In this document: piece by piece, positions 22,286 to 31,986 of the stretch
How positions within the stretch are numbered: the first letter of the stretch is position 1
Layout: each line of letters opens with the position of its first letter
NCBI GenBank assembly: GCA_965225945.1
Contig: CBDDBZ010000037.1
Coordinates: 352,001 to 416,000, forward strand
Source of the DNA: Alphaproteobacteria bacterium
Lineage (GTDB): Bacteria; Pseudomonadota; Alphaproteobacteria; GCA-2731375
Length of the DNA stretch: 64,000 nt
Direction of reading: 5' to 3'
Notes under the pieces: generated by a model
The model's input: only the letters and a program-made list of their open reading frames with translations
The model's database searches: none
Told to the model about the DNA's origin: nothing
Made by a program: the position numbers and the translations under genes

Positions 22286-23066
22286 CCGGCATTATGCAAG
22301 ATGGCAAACTCACGGTCCCGGAGCAGGGGACGCCACAGGGCGCGGTGCTCTCACCGCTGCTCTCCAACGTCTACCTGCACTATGTCCTGGACTTGTGGGC
22401 GCACCAATGGCGTCGGCGCCATACCCACTGCGACATGGTCATCGTCCGCTACGCGGACGACTTCGTCGTGGGCTTCGAGTACCGGGAAGACGCGCTTGCC
22501 TTCCGGGCGGCATTGGAGGAACGCTTGCGGGCTTTCGGCCTCGCGCTGTTCGCGGAGAAAACCCGGCTCATCGAGTTTGGGCGGCACGCCGCGAAAAGTC
22601 GGAAGGGCCGAGGCGACGGCAAGCCGGAGACGTTCGACTTCCTGGGCTTCACGCACATCTGCGCGAAGGACCGGAAGGGACGGTTCCAACTGCGACGCAA
22701 GACGCGGCGTAAGCGCATGGGGGCGAAGCTCGGGGAGATCAAGCGCGAACTCCTCCGGCGACGGCATCAGCCAATCGCCGAGCAGGGCCGCTGGCTGGCA
22801 TCGGTGGTGCGAGGCTACTTCGCGTACTTCGCCGTGCCGACCAACGCTCCGGCCCTGAATGCCTTCCGCTATCAGGTCGCCCGGTTCTGGCTGAAAGCGC
22901 TCCGGCGCCGCAGCCAGAACGACCGCACGACCTGGAAGGTCTTTGCCAAGCTGGTCGAGCGCTGGCTTCCGCCAGTGACGATCCTCCATCCCTGGCCGTC
23001 GAAACGCTTCTACGTCAAATACCCGAGGCAGGAGCCCGGTGCATTAGCAGTGCACGCCGGGATCTG
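22286..23066 (+). pseudogene. Group II intron A reverse transcriptase/maturase, C-terminal part (no endonuclease domain)
   Basis: GTPQG, VRYADD, FDFLGF, HPWP; the frame runs into domain V. Confidence 0.92.
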
Positions 23067-24947
23067 GTGCGCCAGGCGAACTGGCAGAAGGTAGGGGGTG
23101 CAAGTCCCCCGGAACGAAGGAGTAACCGAACCACGTTTCTCCGCGAGCCGTGCGTTGGCTCCCGTGAGGGGGCAGGCGAAGCGTCGGTAGCGGCATGGAT
23201 GGGCAGGGCTATTGAGCACCGTAAAAGCGATGGTCCGGGGTGCCGAGGCTTTCAGATCGGTCGAAGGCAATATCGCAGGCGTCGTTTTGGTGAGATGTCG
23301 GCGAGCCCCGCGGTGTCAGAGAACCCATGCACGTTCGCACGCCTTCTGTTGGGACCCTGGGAGGTCTTCAAACTGCCCCGGTTGTCGTAAAGGGGCCGCG
23401 TAGGGAATGGAGAAAACCGAAGCCTATGATGAACGGTTTGAAGAAGTCGGATGAGGCCATACGACCTGTGAGGGCGGCGAACAAGGGAGCGCGAGCTTCT
23501 GCGGAGTCGCCGGAGGAAAGGGCCTCAACCAAGGGGAATCCGGATTGCCAAAGCACGCGCCGAACCCAGTGTCGGGTAAGCGTGCCACAGGCGGCGGCCC
23601 GGATACGGAAAGCTGCAGAGAGAAACCCGAAGGAACGTCTCACTGCGCTCTTCCACCACATTACGCCGGACGCGCTCGGTGCGGCCTACTTCGCATTGAA
23701 GAAGGACGCAGCAGCCGGTGTCGACGGCGTTACGTGGGACATGTACGGCGAGGGTCTGGATGAGCGCCTGCTCGACCTGCACCGGCGCCTGCACAGAGGG
23801 GGAGCGTACCGGGCGCCGCCGGTTCGGCGGGTAGAGATACCCAAGCCGGACGGGGGGACACGACCGCTCGGGATCGCGGCGCTGGAGGACAAGGTCGTCC
23901 AGAAGGCGGTTGTGGATGTGATCCTGACACCGATCTACGAGGTGGTGTTTCTTGGCTTCAGCTACGGGTTCCGACCGGGGCGGGGGGCGCACGATGCGCT
24001 CGATGCCCTGGCCTTCGGGATAAAACGGCGCAAGGTCAGCTGGATAGTCGATGCAGACCTCCGGGCGTACTTCGACACGATCCCGCGGGATTGGTTGATC
24101 AGGTTCCTAGAGCACCGCATCGGAGACAGGCGGGTCATCCGTCTGATCTGGAAATGGCTGAACGCCGGCGTCATAGAGAGTGGGTCATGGGCAGATACGG
24201 GTATGGGCACGCCGCAGGGGGCAATAGTCTCCCCCGTCTTGGCGAACGTGTTCCTGCATTACGTGCTCGACTTGTGGTTCCACAAGAAATGGCGCCCGAA
24301 CGTCCCGGATGGCGAAGCGATCATCGTCCGTTACGCTGACGATATCGTTGTCGGGTTCCAACACAAGCGGGATGCGGAGCGGTACCTCCGCGACGTTCGG
24401 GAGAGGCTGGCCCGGTTCGGTCTCAGCCTCCACCAGGACAAGACCCGCCTCGTGGAGTTTGGCCGGTTCGCGGATTTGAACCGGCGCCAGCGCGGGGTGG
24501 GCAAGCCGGAGACTTTCGACTTTCTGGGCCTCACGCACTATTGCACGACGACCCTGAGAGGACGCTTTCGGCTTGGTCGCAAACCGGTCGCCAAACGGGT
24601 CAACAGGACCCTGGCGCGCATCGACGAGGTGCTCCGCAAGCGCTGGCACCACGACATCTGGGAAGTTGGTAGGTGGCTGGGGCGAGTCTGCAATGGCTGG
24701 CTCAACTACTTTGCCGTCCCAGGGTCAGGCCGGTTCATCCGTGCGTTCCTCCGCAGGCTGCAACGCCGGTGGATGCGGGCGCTACGCCGCCGGTCCCAGC
24801 GAGCCCGATTTAGTTGGAAGCGACTGGAGCGCATGACCGAAATCCTGTGGCCACGCGCCTCCATCCGCCACCCATGGCCGGACCAGCGGTTTGCCGTCAA
24901 GCACCCGAGGTAGGAGCCGGATGGTTCAACGACCACGTCCGGATCTG
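23067..24947 (+). mobile_element. Group II intron B copy 1 (class E-like); domain VI missing
   Basis: GTGCG at 23067 directly after intron A domain V; EBS1 CAGATC at 23253-23258; own domain V at about 24914-24945. Confidence 0.9.
23426..24913 (+). CDS. ltrA: Group II intron reverse transcriptase/maturase (intron B1)
   Basis: AAGVDG, PKPDG, SYGFRPGR, GTPQG, RYADD, FDFLG; no HNH domain. Confidence 0.95.
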   Translation: MMNGLKKSDEAIRPVRAANKGARASAESPEERASTKGNPDCQSTRRTQCRVSVPQAAARIRKAAERNPKERLTALFHHITPDALGAAYFALKKDAAAGVDGVTWDMYGEGLDERLLDLHRRLHRGGAYRAPPVRRVEIPKPDGGTRPLGIAALEDKVVQKAVVDVILTPIYEVVFLGFSYGFRPGRGAHDALDALAFGIKRRKVSWIVDADLRAYFDTIPRDWLIRFLEHRIGDRRVIRLIWKWLNAGVIESGSWADTGMGTPQGAIVSPVLANVFLHYVLDLWFHKKWRPNVPDGEAIIVRYADDIVVGFQHKRDAERYLRDVRERLARFGLSLHQDKTRLVEFGRFADLNRRQRGVGKPETFDFLGLTHYCTTTLRGRFRLGRKPVAKRVNRTLARIDEVLRKRWHHDIWEVGRWLGRVCNGWLNYFAVPGSGRFIRAFLRRLQRRWMRALRRRSQRARFSWKRLERMTEILWPRASIRHPWPDQRFAVKHPR

Positions 24948-26878
24948 GTGCGCCAGGCGAACTGGCAGAAGGTAGGGGGTGCAAGTCCCCCGGAACGAAG
25001 GAGTAACCGAACCACGTTTCTCCGCGAGCCGTGCGTTGGCTCCCGTGAGGGGGCAGGCGAAGCGTCGGTAGCGGCATGGATGGGCAGGGCTATTGAGCAC
25101 CGTAAAAGCGATGGTCCGGGGTGCCGAGGCTTTCAGATCGGTCGAAGGCAATATCGCAGGCGTCGTTTTGGTGAGATGTCGGCGAGCCCCGCGGTGTCAG
25201 AGAACCCATGCACGTTCGCACGCCTTCTGTTGGGACCCTGGGAGGTCTTCAAACTGCCCCGGTTGTCGTAAAGGGGCCGCGTAGGGAATGGAGAAAACCG
25301 AAGCCTATGATGAACGGTTTGAAGAAGTCGGATGAGGCCGTACGACCTGTGAGGGCGGCGAACAAGGGAGCGCGAGCTTCTGCGGAGTCGCCGGAGGAAA
25401 GGGCCTCAACCAAGGGGAATCCGGATTGCCAAAGCACGCGCCGAACACAGTGTCGGGTAAGCGTGCCACAGGCGGCGGCCCGGATACGGAAAGCTGCAGA
25501 GAGAAACCCGAAGGAACGTCTCACTGCGCTCTTCCACCACATTACGCCGGACGCGCTCGGTGCGGCCTACTTCGCATTGAAGAAGGACGCAGCAGCCGGT
25601 GTCGACGGCGTTACGTGGGACATGTACGGCGAGGGTCTGGATGAGCGCCTGCTCGACCTGCACCGGCGCCTGCACAGAGGGGGAGCGTACCGGGCGCCGC
25701 CGGTTCGGCGGGTAGAGATACCCAAGCCGGACGGGGGGACACGACCGCTCGGGATCGCGGCGCTGGAGGACAAGGTCGTCCAGAAGGCGGTTGTCGGGAT
25801 CGCGGCGTGGAGGATCCTGACACCGATCTACGAGGTGGTGTTTCTTGGCTTCAGCTACGGGTTCCGACCGGGGCGGGGGGCGCACGATGCGCTCGATGCC
25901 CTGGCCTTCGGGATAAAACGGCGCAAGGTCAGCTGGATAGTCGATGCAGACCTCCGGGCGTACTTCGACACGATCCCGCGGGATTGGTTGATCACGTTCC
26001 TAGAGCACCGCATCGGAGACAGGCGGGTCATCCGTCTGATCTGGAAATGGCTGAACGCCGGCGTCATAGAGAGTGGGTCATGGGCAGATACGGGTATGGG
26101 CACGCCGCAGGGGGCAATAGTCTCCCCCGTCTTGGCGAACGTGTTCCTGCATTACGTGCTCGACTTGTGGTTCCACAAGAAATGGCGCCCGAACGTCCCG
26201 GATGGCGAAGCGATCATCGTCCGTTACGCTGACGATATCGTTGTCGGGTTCCAACACAAGCGGGATGCGGAGCGGTACCTCCGCGACGTTCGGGAGAGGC
26301 TGGCCCGGTTCGGTCTCAGCCTCCACCAGGACAAGACCCGCCTCGTGGAGTTTGGCCGGTTCGCGGATTTGAACCGGCGCCAGCGCGGGGTGGGCAAGCC
26401 GGAGACTTTCGACTTTCTGGGCCTCACGCACTATTGCACGACGACCCTGAGAGGACGCTTTCGGCTTGGTCGCAAACCGGTCGCCAAACGGGTCAACAGG
26501 ACCCTGGCGCGCATCGACGAGGTGCTCCGCAAGCGCTGGCACCACGACATCTGGGAAGTTGGTAGGTGGCTGGGGCGAGTCTGCAATGGCTGGCTCAACT
26601 ACTTTGCCGTCCCAGGGTCAGGCCGGTTCATCCGTGCGTTCCTCCGCAGGCTGCAACGCCGGTGGATGCGGGCGCTACGCCGCCGGTCCCAGCGAGCCCG
26701 ATTTAGTTGGAAGCGACTGGAGCGCATGACCGAAATCCTGTGGCCACGCGCCTCCATCCGCCACCCATGGCCGGACCAGCGGTTTGCCGTCAAGCACCCG
26801 AGGTAGGAGCCGGATGGTTCAACGACCACGTCCGGATCTGCGCGGGGGGTGCGCAGCAATGCGCATTCCTACCGTAAC
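24948..26878 (+). mobile_element. Group II intron B copy 2, complete
   Basis: GTGCG at 24948; near-identical to copy 1; domain V, then domain VI CGCGGGGGGTGCGCAGCAATGCGCATTCCTACCGTAAC ending in AC. Confidence 0.92.
25307..26806 (+). CDS. ltrA: Group II intron reverse transcriptase/maturase (intron B2), 4 aa longer than B1
   Basis: Same motifs as B1; VVDVIL replaced by VVGIAAWRIL. Confidence 0.92.
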   Translation: MMNGLKKSDEAVRPVRAANKGARASAESPEERASTKGNPDCQSTRRTQCRVSVPQAAARIRKAAERNPKERLTALFHHITPDALGAAYFALKKDAAAGVDGVTWDMYGEGLDERLLDLHRRLHRGGAYRAPPVRRVEIPKPDGGTRPLGIAALEDKVVQKAVVGIAAWRILTPIYEVVFLGFSYGFRPGRGAHDALDALAFGIKRRKVSWIVDADLRAYFDTIPRDWLITFLEHRIGDRRVIRLIWKWLNAGVIESGSWADTGMGTPQGAIVSPVLANVFLHYVLDLWFHKKWRPNVPDGEAIIVRYADDIVVGFQHKRDAERYLRDVRERLARFGLSLHQDKTRLVEFGRFADLNRRQRGVGKPETFDFLGLTHYCTTTLRGRFRLGRKPVAKRVNRTLARIDEVLRKRWHHDIWEVGRWLGRVCNGWLNYFAVPGSGRFIRAFLRRLQRRWMRALRRRSQRARFSWKRLERMTEILWPRASIRHPWPDQRFAVKHPR

Positions 26879-27206
26879 TGTCCGCCTCCAGGATCGCGTC
26901 GACGATGCCGGTGAACCCGTCCAGCTTGGGCCGCCGGACCGGCTTCGTCCGCCGGTAGCCCGGCGGCGCCGAGTAGCTCAGCATCTTCTTCACCGTCCGG
27001 CGGTCGATGCCGAATCGTCGGCCCGCCTCGTGATGGCTCAACCCCTCATCGACAACCGCCAGACGAACCGCTGCATGGAGCTCCACGCCGTACATCTCCT
27101 GCCCCTCACCACAACCGACAAGGGGCTATAGGTGGCGCATTTTTGCGCCGCCGCGACCGGACCGCCCGGCCGCTCCGCGTGGTGCATTATTCCTCCGCCG
27201 TTAACA
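26879..27206 (-). mobile_element. IS21-family left end with the istA 5' fragment, truncated at the intron 3' end
   Basis: TGTTAACGGCGG terminus at 27206; MYGVELHAAVRLAVVDEGLSHHEAGRRFGIDRRTVKKML...RPKLDGFTGIVDAILEAD. Confidence 0.85.
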
Positions 27207-27661
27207 CCCTGCGGACGAGCACCACGGACGAAACACGGAATCACATGACAGCGGAGGTCCAGGAGCTGCGCGCCCGCAAACTTCTCGCACAACACGAGAA
27301 GATTGTCTTGGATGGGATCGAGCGTAAAAGGAAGCATGCCGCCTACGGCCTTTGTATCGACGACACCAAGACGCGGGCGATCACACAGAAGAGCACCGCC
27401 ATCACGCGCATTGCGGTTACCCGGAAACTCAAACAGAGTTTTCAGGACGAGCTTTCAAAGCTCGCTTTCCGGCATGTCGAAGTCGAATTAAAGGAAGTCG
27501 GCGGCACAGAAGGTGTTCTCTATCACAAGCTTGTCCTCACACGCGCGCCGGGAGTTGAATCGCCGAAAGTCGTCAGCGAAGGGGAACAGCGCTGCCTCTC
27601 CATCGCAGAGTTCTTCGCCGAACTCAGCACAGCCGACGATCCTTCAAGCATTGTGTTTGAT
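27207..27661 (+). pseudogene. C-terminal fragment of an SMC/ABC-type ATPase (AAA_13/RloC-like)
   Basis: Signature SEGEQR and the start of Walker B (IVFD), then the similarity breaks off. Confidence 0.7.
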
Positions 27662-27674
27662 GCCCGTCGCAGCC

Positions 27675-28151
27675 TCACGCGCCCCGTCGGCGCTGGACCC
27701 GCCGGGGCGCCTGGCGGAATAACCGCAGATAAACGAAGAGCAGCCACGCCGGCAAGCTGGCCGCCACCGCACAGGCCGCGACCGCCACCGGACCCAACAG
27801 GTCCACCGCGACCGAGCCTGCCGCGATCGCGGGCACCATGACCCCCAGCACCGCCCAGGCCGCGACGACGTGACCGCGCCGCCACAAGCCGCCGCAGGCC
27901 AGCGCCAGTGGCAGCCCCGCCGGTGCCAGCCCTGCAAGGACCACCCACGCATCGAGATTCGCCGGCCACTGCATCGCGCCCAATGCCGCGCCCGATGCCA
28001 CATGGTGCACAACCGGAAACCAGGCCAGGGCGAGCACGGCGGCCGCGCCGCGCGCCGCCGCAACGCGCATTCCATGCACGTTCGACGGCCCCGACAGGAT
28101 CCGCGGCGGGTAGCGCACGAGCGTGAGTGCTACGAACTCTTTCATCCCCAC
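27675..28151 (-). CDS. Hypothetical membrane protein
   Basis: About four hydrophobic segments; start uncertain. Confidence 0.5.
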   Translation of the reverse strand: MGMKEFVALTLVRYPPRILSGPSNVHGMRVAAARGAAAVLALAWFPVVHHVASGAALGAMQWPANLDAWVVLAGLAPAGLPLALACGGLWRRGHVVAAWAVLGVMVPAIAAGSVAVDLLGPVAVAACAVAASLPAWLLFVYLRLFRQAPRRVQRRRGA

Positions 28152-28479
28152 AGCCTTGTGTTGGAAGCGGCGCGAATTAACGGCCGCGCCATCGTGGATA
28201 GCAACCCGCGCGGACTCTGTTCCGCAATGCCCGTTGCCCGTCTGCCACAGCCCCTACCGCCGCGGTCTTCCGCAATTCCCGATGCTGCGTGCTTGCCCCA
28301 CGCCCGCGACCCGCCCTGAAGAGGGTGCGTCCCTGCACGCATGCCGTGCCCACCCTGCGCGGCCCCTCCCCCTGCGCACCTTCAAGTGGAGAGTAGCCGG
28401 TACAGGGCGACGCGCCCGGGGGCCGGAGAGAGGGATTCCGGCCCGGGCGCCGTCCGAACCCGAGAACCGGAGGCAGCCC

Positions 28480-28674
28480 ATGTTCTATCCCGCACCCGCG
28501 TCCAGCGACCCCCACACCCTCTCCGAGCCCGCCCCTGACGACCCCGACCGATCCCACCCGGGCTTCACACCCCTGCGTCCCGACCCGGGCGCGCTGCTCG
28601 CCGCCGCCGGGCTTTCCTCCCGCGCCATTCGCGAGATCGTCGGCAGTCCGCCCGGCGTCGGCGCGGACGGCTGA
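28480..28674 (+). CDS. Small hypothetical protein
   Basis: GGAGG RBS before the ATG at 28480; 64 aa. Confidence 0.4.
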   Translation: MFYPAPASSDPHTLSEPAPDDPDRSHPGFTPLRPDPGALLAAAGLSSRAIREIVGSPPGVGADG

Positions 28675-28774
28675 GCGCGGTGCGAGAGGAGGCGGTTCGC
28701 GCAGGACGCGTGACATCCGGCCCCTGTTCGACGGCCGGCGGCCCGAGCAGTGCATCGTCAACGAATACCGCCTC

Positions 28775-29881
28775 GGCCATGCGCCCGGCATGTAGCGCGC
28801 CATGATCGAGAGCGCATACAGCGTCACTGCGGCAATGGTCCTGTACTCGCGAAGGCCGCCCATCGTCGGGAAGAGGAGTGCAGGGTTGTTCCCGAACGGC
28901 GACGAATGGGTCGGGAGCACCGGCCACATAGTGTCATGGCCGGCGTGATCCACGCGGGCGCGAAACACGCTTCCCGTGCCCTCGCCGTCGGTTTCTTGCC
29001 GGATTTCCGCGATTGGCCACCCGGCACTGTGCAAACTATCGACGGAAACCTTCCCGGAGGAATCGAGTAACAACCCATAGGTGCTGGTCACCTTCCGCGC
29101 AGGCCTCCGCGCGTTGGCCACTTGGTCGTAAGCGACTGAGATCCATCTGGGTGGACCGCCGACTACCTCGGCGTAGAGGTCGTCGATCTCGGGCATGGAT
29201 GCGAACAAGTCCGGGAGCAAGCAGGCCATCCCGAAAGGTACCTTCTCGAGATCGGCCAGCGATCGAGGCCTCTTCTTCGGATAGCCGGAGGTGTCCTGCC
29301 GCAGGAACTTCATCCACTGTGGAAAAAAGCCGCTTGCGAGGACACCGACGTGAATATCCGCAAAGCCGCCGTGCGACGCCGCCAGCGTATATAGTCCGTG
29401 GCCGTCCCGGGTCATCGCTTCGACCTTGTCCAGATCGATCGGTCCGGACGGAGAGGCAAGCATCTCGGACTGAGCAAGAGCCATCGTGCCGTAGTAGAGA
29501 CCGAGAACCTTCCTGTTGAGTGGATCGCGCGGCGTCGAGACGATGTAGTCGAGAGCGCTCCGCATCGAATAGGCGACGCCGGTCGCCTTTGCGTCGGCCT
29601 CGGTAGGTGCCAGAGCAATGTTTTCCGCTTCGGCCCGCCGGTGCTGGACGTGATCGAAGGCCTGCCCGAAGAGGGATGGAACGATATCGGAATGGGCGAG
29701 GACACGATGCTGGTGCGCTATCGCCCGGCGGGCTGGGAGGAGCAGAGCTACGTGGTGATCCGTCGGCGCCGTGACAGAGGTCGTGTACGTGGGGCGACAG
29801 TTCATGCCCGGCATCGTCGGCCGCGCGCAGCATCTCCCCGACAAAGTCGAGCGCTGGTTCCAGGTAGCTGAAGGCGGCCAC
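28775..29881 (-). pseudogene. YaaC-family protein fragment (frameshift near 29776, 3' truncated)
   Basis: LYYG, GHGL and LSIMARYMPGAW motifs; the N-terminal part lies in another frame. Confidence 0.6.
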
Positions 29882-29883
29882 GG

Positions 29884-30597
29884 ATGCAGGATCGGTACGT
29901 AGGGGACATTGGAGACTTCGTGAAATACGCCCTATTGAGGGTCGTCACGGGCGAGTCCAAGCTCGGTGTTGCTTGGTACCTGCACCCTAACGAAAGCGCG
30001 TCGGCGGACGGCCGACACACAGACTATCTAGCGCTCCCTGCCGAATGGCGCTGCCTCGACGAGGACTTGTTCGACGGGCTGAAGAAGATCGTAGAGTCGA
30101 CGCGCCGATCCGTCACCGCGGTCGAGGCGTCGAAGGTGTTGCCGGATGTGGTCTTCGCTGACGAGCGCTTGGACATCGCCAAAGTCCCCGTCTCCTGCCG
30201 TTCGTCCTGGAGGCGGATTTGGTTCGAGGGGGTCCGGCGGCGCCTCGACGGTTGCGATGTGGTCTTCGCGGATCCCGACAACGGCTTGCTACCGGACAGC
30301 CGCTTCCAGCCAACCGTCAAGAGGAGCGCCAAGAGCATTCCCGAGCAGGAAGTACGGGACTTGTCGGCGGGGCGACCGATGGTCGTTTACCATCACAACA
30401 CCAGACGCAAGGGCGGGCACCGAGCGGAGATCGCCGACTGGCAGAGCCGACTGCCCGGCAGGGTCTATGCGTACTACTGGCGACGCTGGAGCAATCGTAC
30501 GTTCTTCTTGGTGAACGGCGACAGTCGGACGGTGGCCCGTCTCGGGACCTTCGCAAAGCGTTGGGACCCGAACGGGGAGTTAATCAGGCCTCCATGA
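29884..30597 (+). CDS. Conserved hypothetical protein, possible methyltransferase-like fold
   Basis: MQDRYVGDIGDFVKYALLR and VVFADPDNG motifs. Confidence 0.7.
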   Translation: MQDRYVGDIGDFVKYALLRVVTGESKLGVAWYLHPNESASADGRHTDYLALPAEWRCLDEDLFDGLKKIVESTRRSVTAVEASKVLPDVVFADERLDIAKVPVSCRSSWRRIWFEGVRRRLDGCDVVFADPDNGLLPDSRFQPTVKRSAKSIPEQEVRDLSAGRPMVVYHHNTRRKGGHRAEIADWQSRLPGRVYAYYWRRWSNRTFFLVNGDSRTVARLGTFAKRWDPNGELIRPP

Positions 30598-30709
30598 ATG
30601 TTATTCGGCGCGGAAATTTGGGTCTGTCGCAAATTTGGTGCAGTCATAGGCTTCTTGACGCCAGATGCCAGCAAAGGAAGGCAGATCGGCGATCTGAAGG
30701 CCCTTCAGC

Positions 30710-31108
30710 GTGTTCGCCGCCGCCCACATCTCCCGCGAGGACGGCAACCGGCTCACGACCCAGGTCACTCGCCAGGGCTGGCTGTTCCTTCCCGCCCTGA
30801 TCCTGCGCCCGCCGTTGATGCTGCTCGGCCTGATCCTCGGCTACTTCGTGTTCCTCGCCGGGATCGGCCTCTTCAACCAGATCTGGCTGCCGCAGATGCG
30901 CGACGCCGGCGCCTCGGGCGGCCTCGGGCCGGTGGGCTTCCTCGCCATGCTCGCCCTCTACGTCATCGTCGCCTACGGGCTGATGAACGCCTCCTTCAAG
31001 CTGAGCGACCTGCTGCCCACGGCCGTCCTCGACTGGATCGGCGGGCGCGCGGGCGCCGGCGACGACGGCAGCGAGCGGACAGGCAGCGCGGCGGTCGGCG
31101 GCATCTCC
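30710..31108 (+). pseudogene. DotA/TraY (type IVB secretion) C-terminal membrane fragment
   Basis: GWLFLPALILRPPLMLLGL...LPTAVLDWIGG. Confidence 0.65.
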
Positions 31109-31430
31109 AAGCCAGCGCGCCCGCGCAACGTCCGCCCCGAGGAACCCGGTGGTGACGTCACCGTCCATGCGCACCTCGTCCACGTCGGCCTCGAACCCGG
31201 CCGTCGCGAACCGGCCCCACGCCGTCCACGCCGGCACCCCCGCCTCGCTGCCGGCCGCGAGCTGGAACGAGCTCCCGAGCAGGAACTCGCGCCCCGTCAG
31301 CGACCGGGTGCTCCCCGAGGGCTTCGCTTCCGTCAGCGCAATCGTGTCGAGCGCGCTCCGCAGGTCCTCCTCCTCGTCCGGAGCCTTCGCACCGCCCGAG
31401 AGCGGCAGCGCTGGTAGCGGGCACCGGACG
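31109..31430 (-). pseudogene. Autotransporter-like beta-domain fragment
   Basis: LTGREFLLGSSFQL...WTAWGR...MDGDVTTGFLGAD. Confidence 0.6.
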
Positions 31431-31431
31431 C

Positions 31432-31986
31432 TCAGCCCCACCCGATGTCGATCAGGAACGCTTCCAGTTCCGGCAGGTTCGCGCGAGCCCGCACCAGATG
31501 CTCGATCGAGATCTCCCTTTCGTATTCCGTCGCGTCCAGCCCCTTTCGGTATGCGGGCCAGACGGCCAGCAACGCCGCCTCGCACGCGCTCGCGTCAGGA
31601 GGATTGCGATCCTCTGTCCCGGCAAAATGCTTGAGCAGAAAACATTCGTGGCAGATCGGCTGCCAGATGATCGAGAACGAATGCTTCCCGGCGATCTGCC
31701 GAGCCCGCTCGATTTCCTGGCGGTATCTGGCGCTACGACCGCGGTCCATCAGCAGATATCGCTTCTCGTACATCGCCGGCCCGCCGGCGCTTCGCAGCAG
31801 CGCCCGTGCCGCCCGGTCCGCAATCTTCCCGGCACCGCCGCCCTTCATGTCCCGTCCCGTTATCGAAACCGGAACGCCCTCGGCATCGGCCAGGCGGTTG
31901 AGCCACCGCACATACCCCAGCTCGCTCTTGCCTTCGCACGCAACGAAGACCGCCCGCTTGATCCGCCGGTACGTCCGCCTACGCAA
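31432..31986 (-). CDS. RloB/AbiLii-like Toprim-fold protein
   Basis: FVACEGKSE and PICHECFLLKHF; overlaps the upstream ATPase. Confidence 0.8.
   Translation of the reverse strand: MRRRTYRRIKRAVFVACEGKSELGYVRWLNRLADAEGVPVSITGRDMKGGGAGKIADRAARALLRSAGGPAMYEKRYLLMDRGRSARYRQEIERARQIAGKHSFSIIWQPICHECFLLKHFAGTEDRNPPDASACEAALLAVWPAYRKGLDATEYEREISIEHLVRARANLPELEAFLIDIGWG

Larger units (their letters stand above)
15835..23066 (+). mobile_element. Group II intron A (class E-like), interrupted by IS110; domain VI missing
   Basis: 5' GTGCG at 15835; EBS1 GGGTC (16016-16020) pairs with exon GACCC; domain V GAGCCCGGTGCATTAGCAGTGCACGCCGGGATC at about 23032-23064. Confidence 0.88.

Noticed and set aside
16194-26806. 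RT genes as retron, DGR or Abi-type RTs
   Set aside because: GTGCG starts, EBS1/IBS1 pairing, domain V/VI and YADD plus maturase domain identify group II introns
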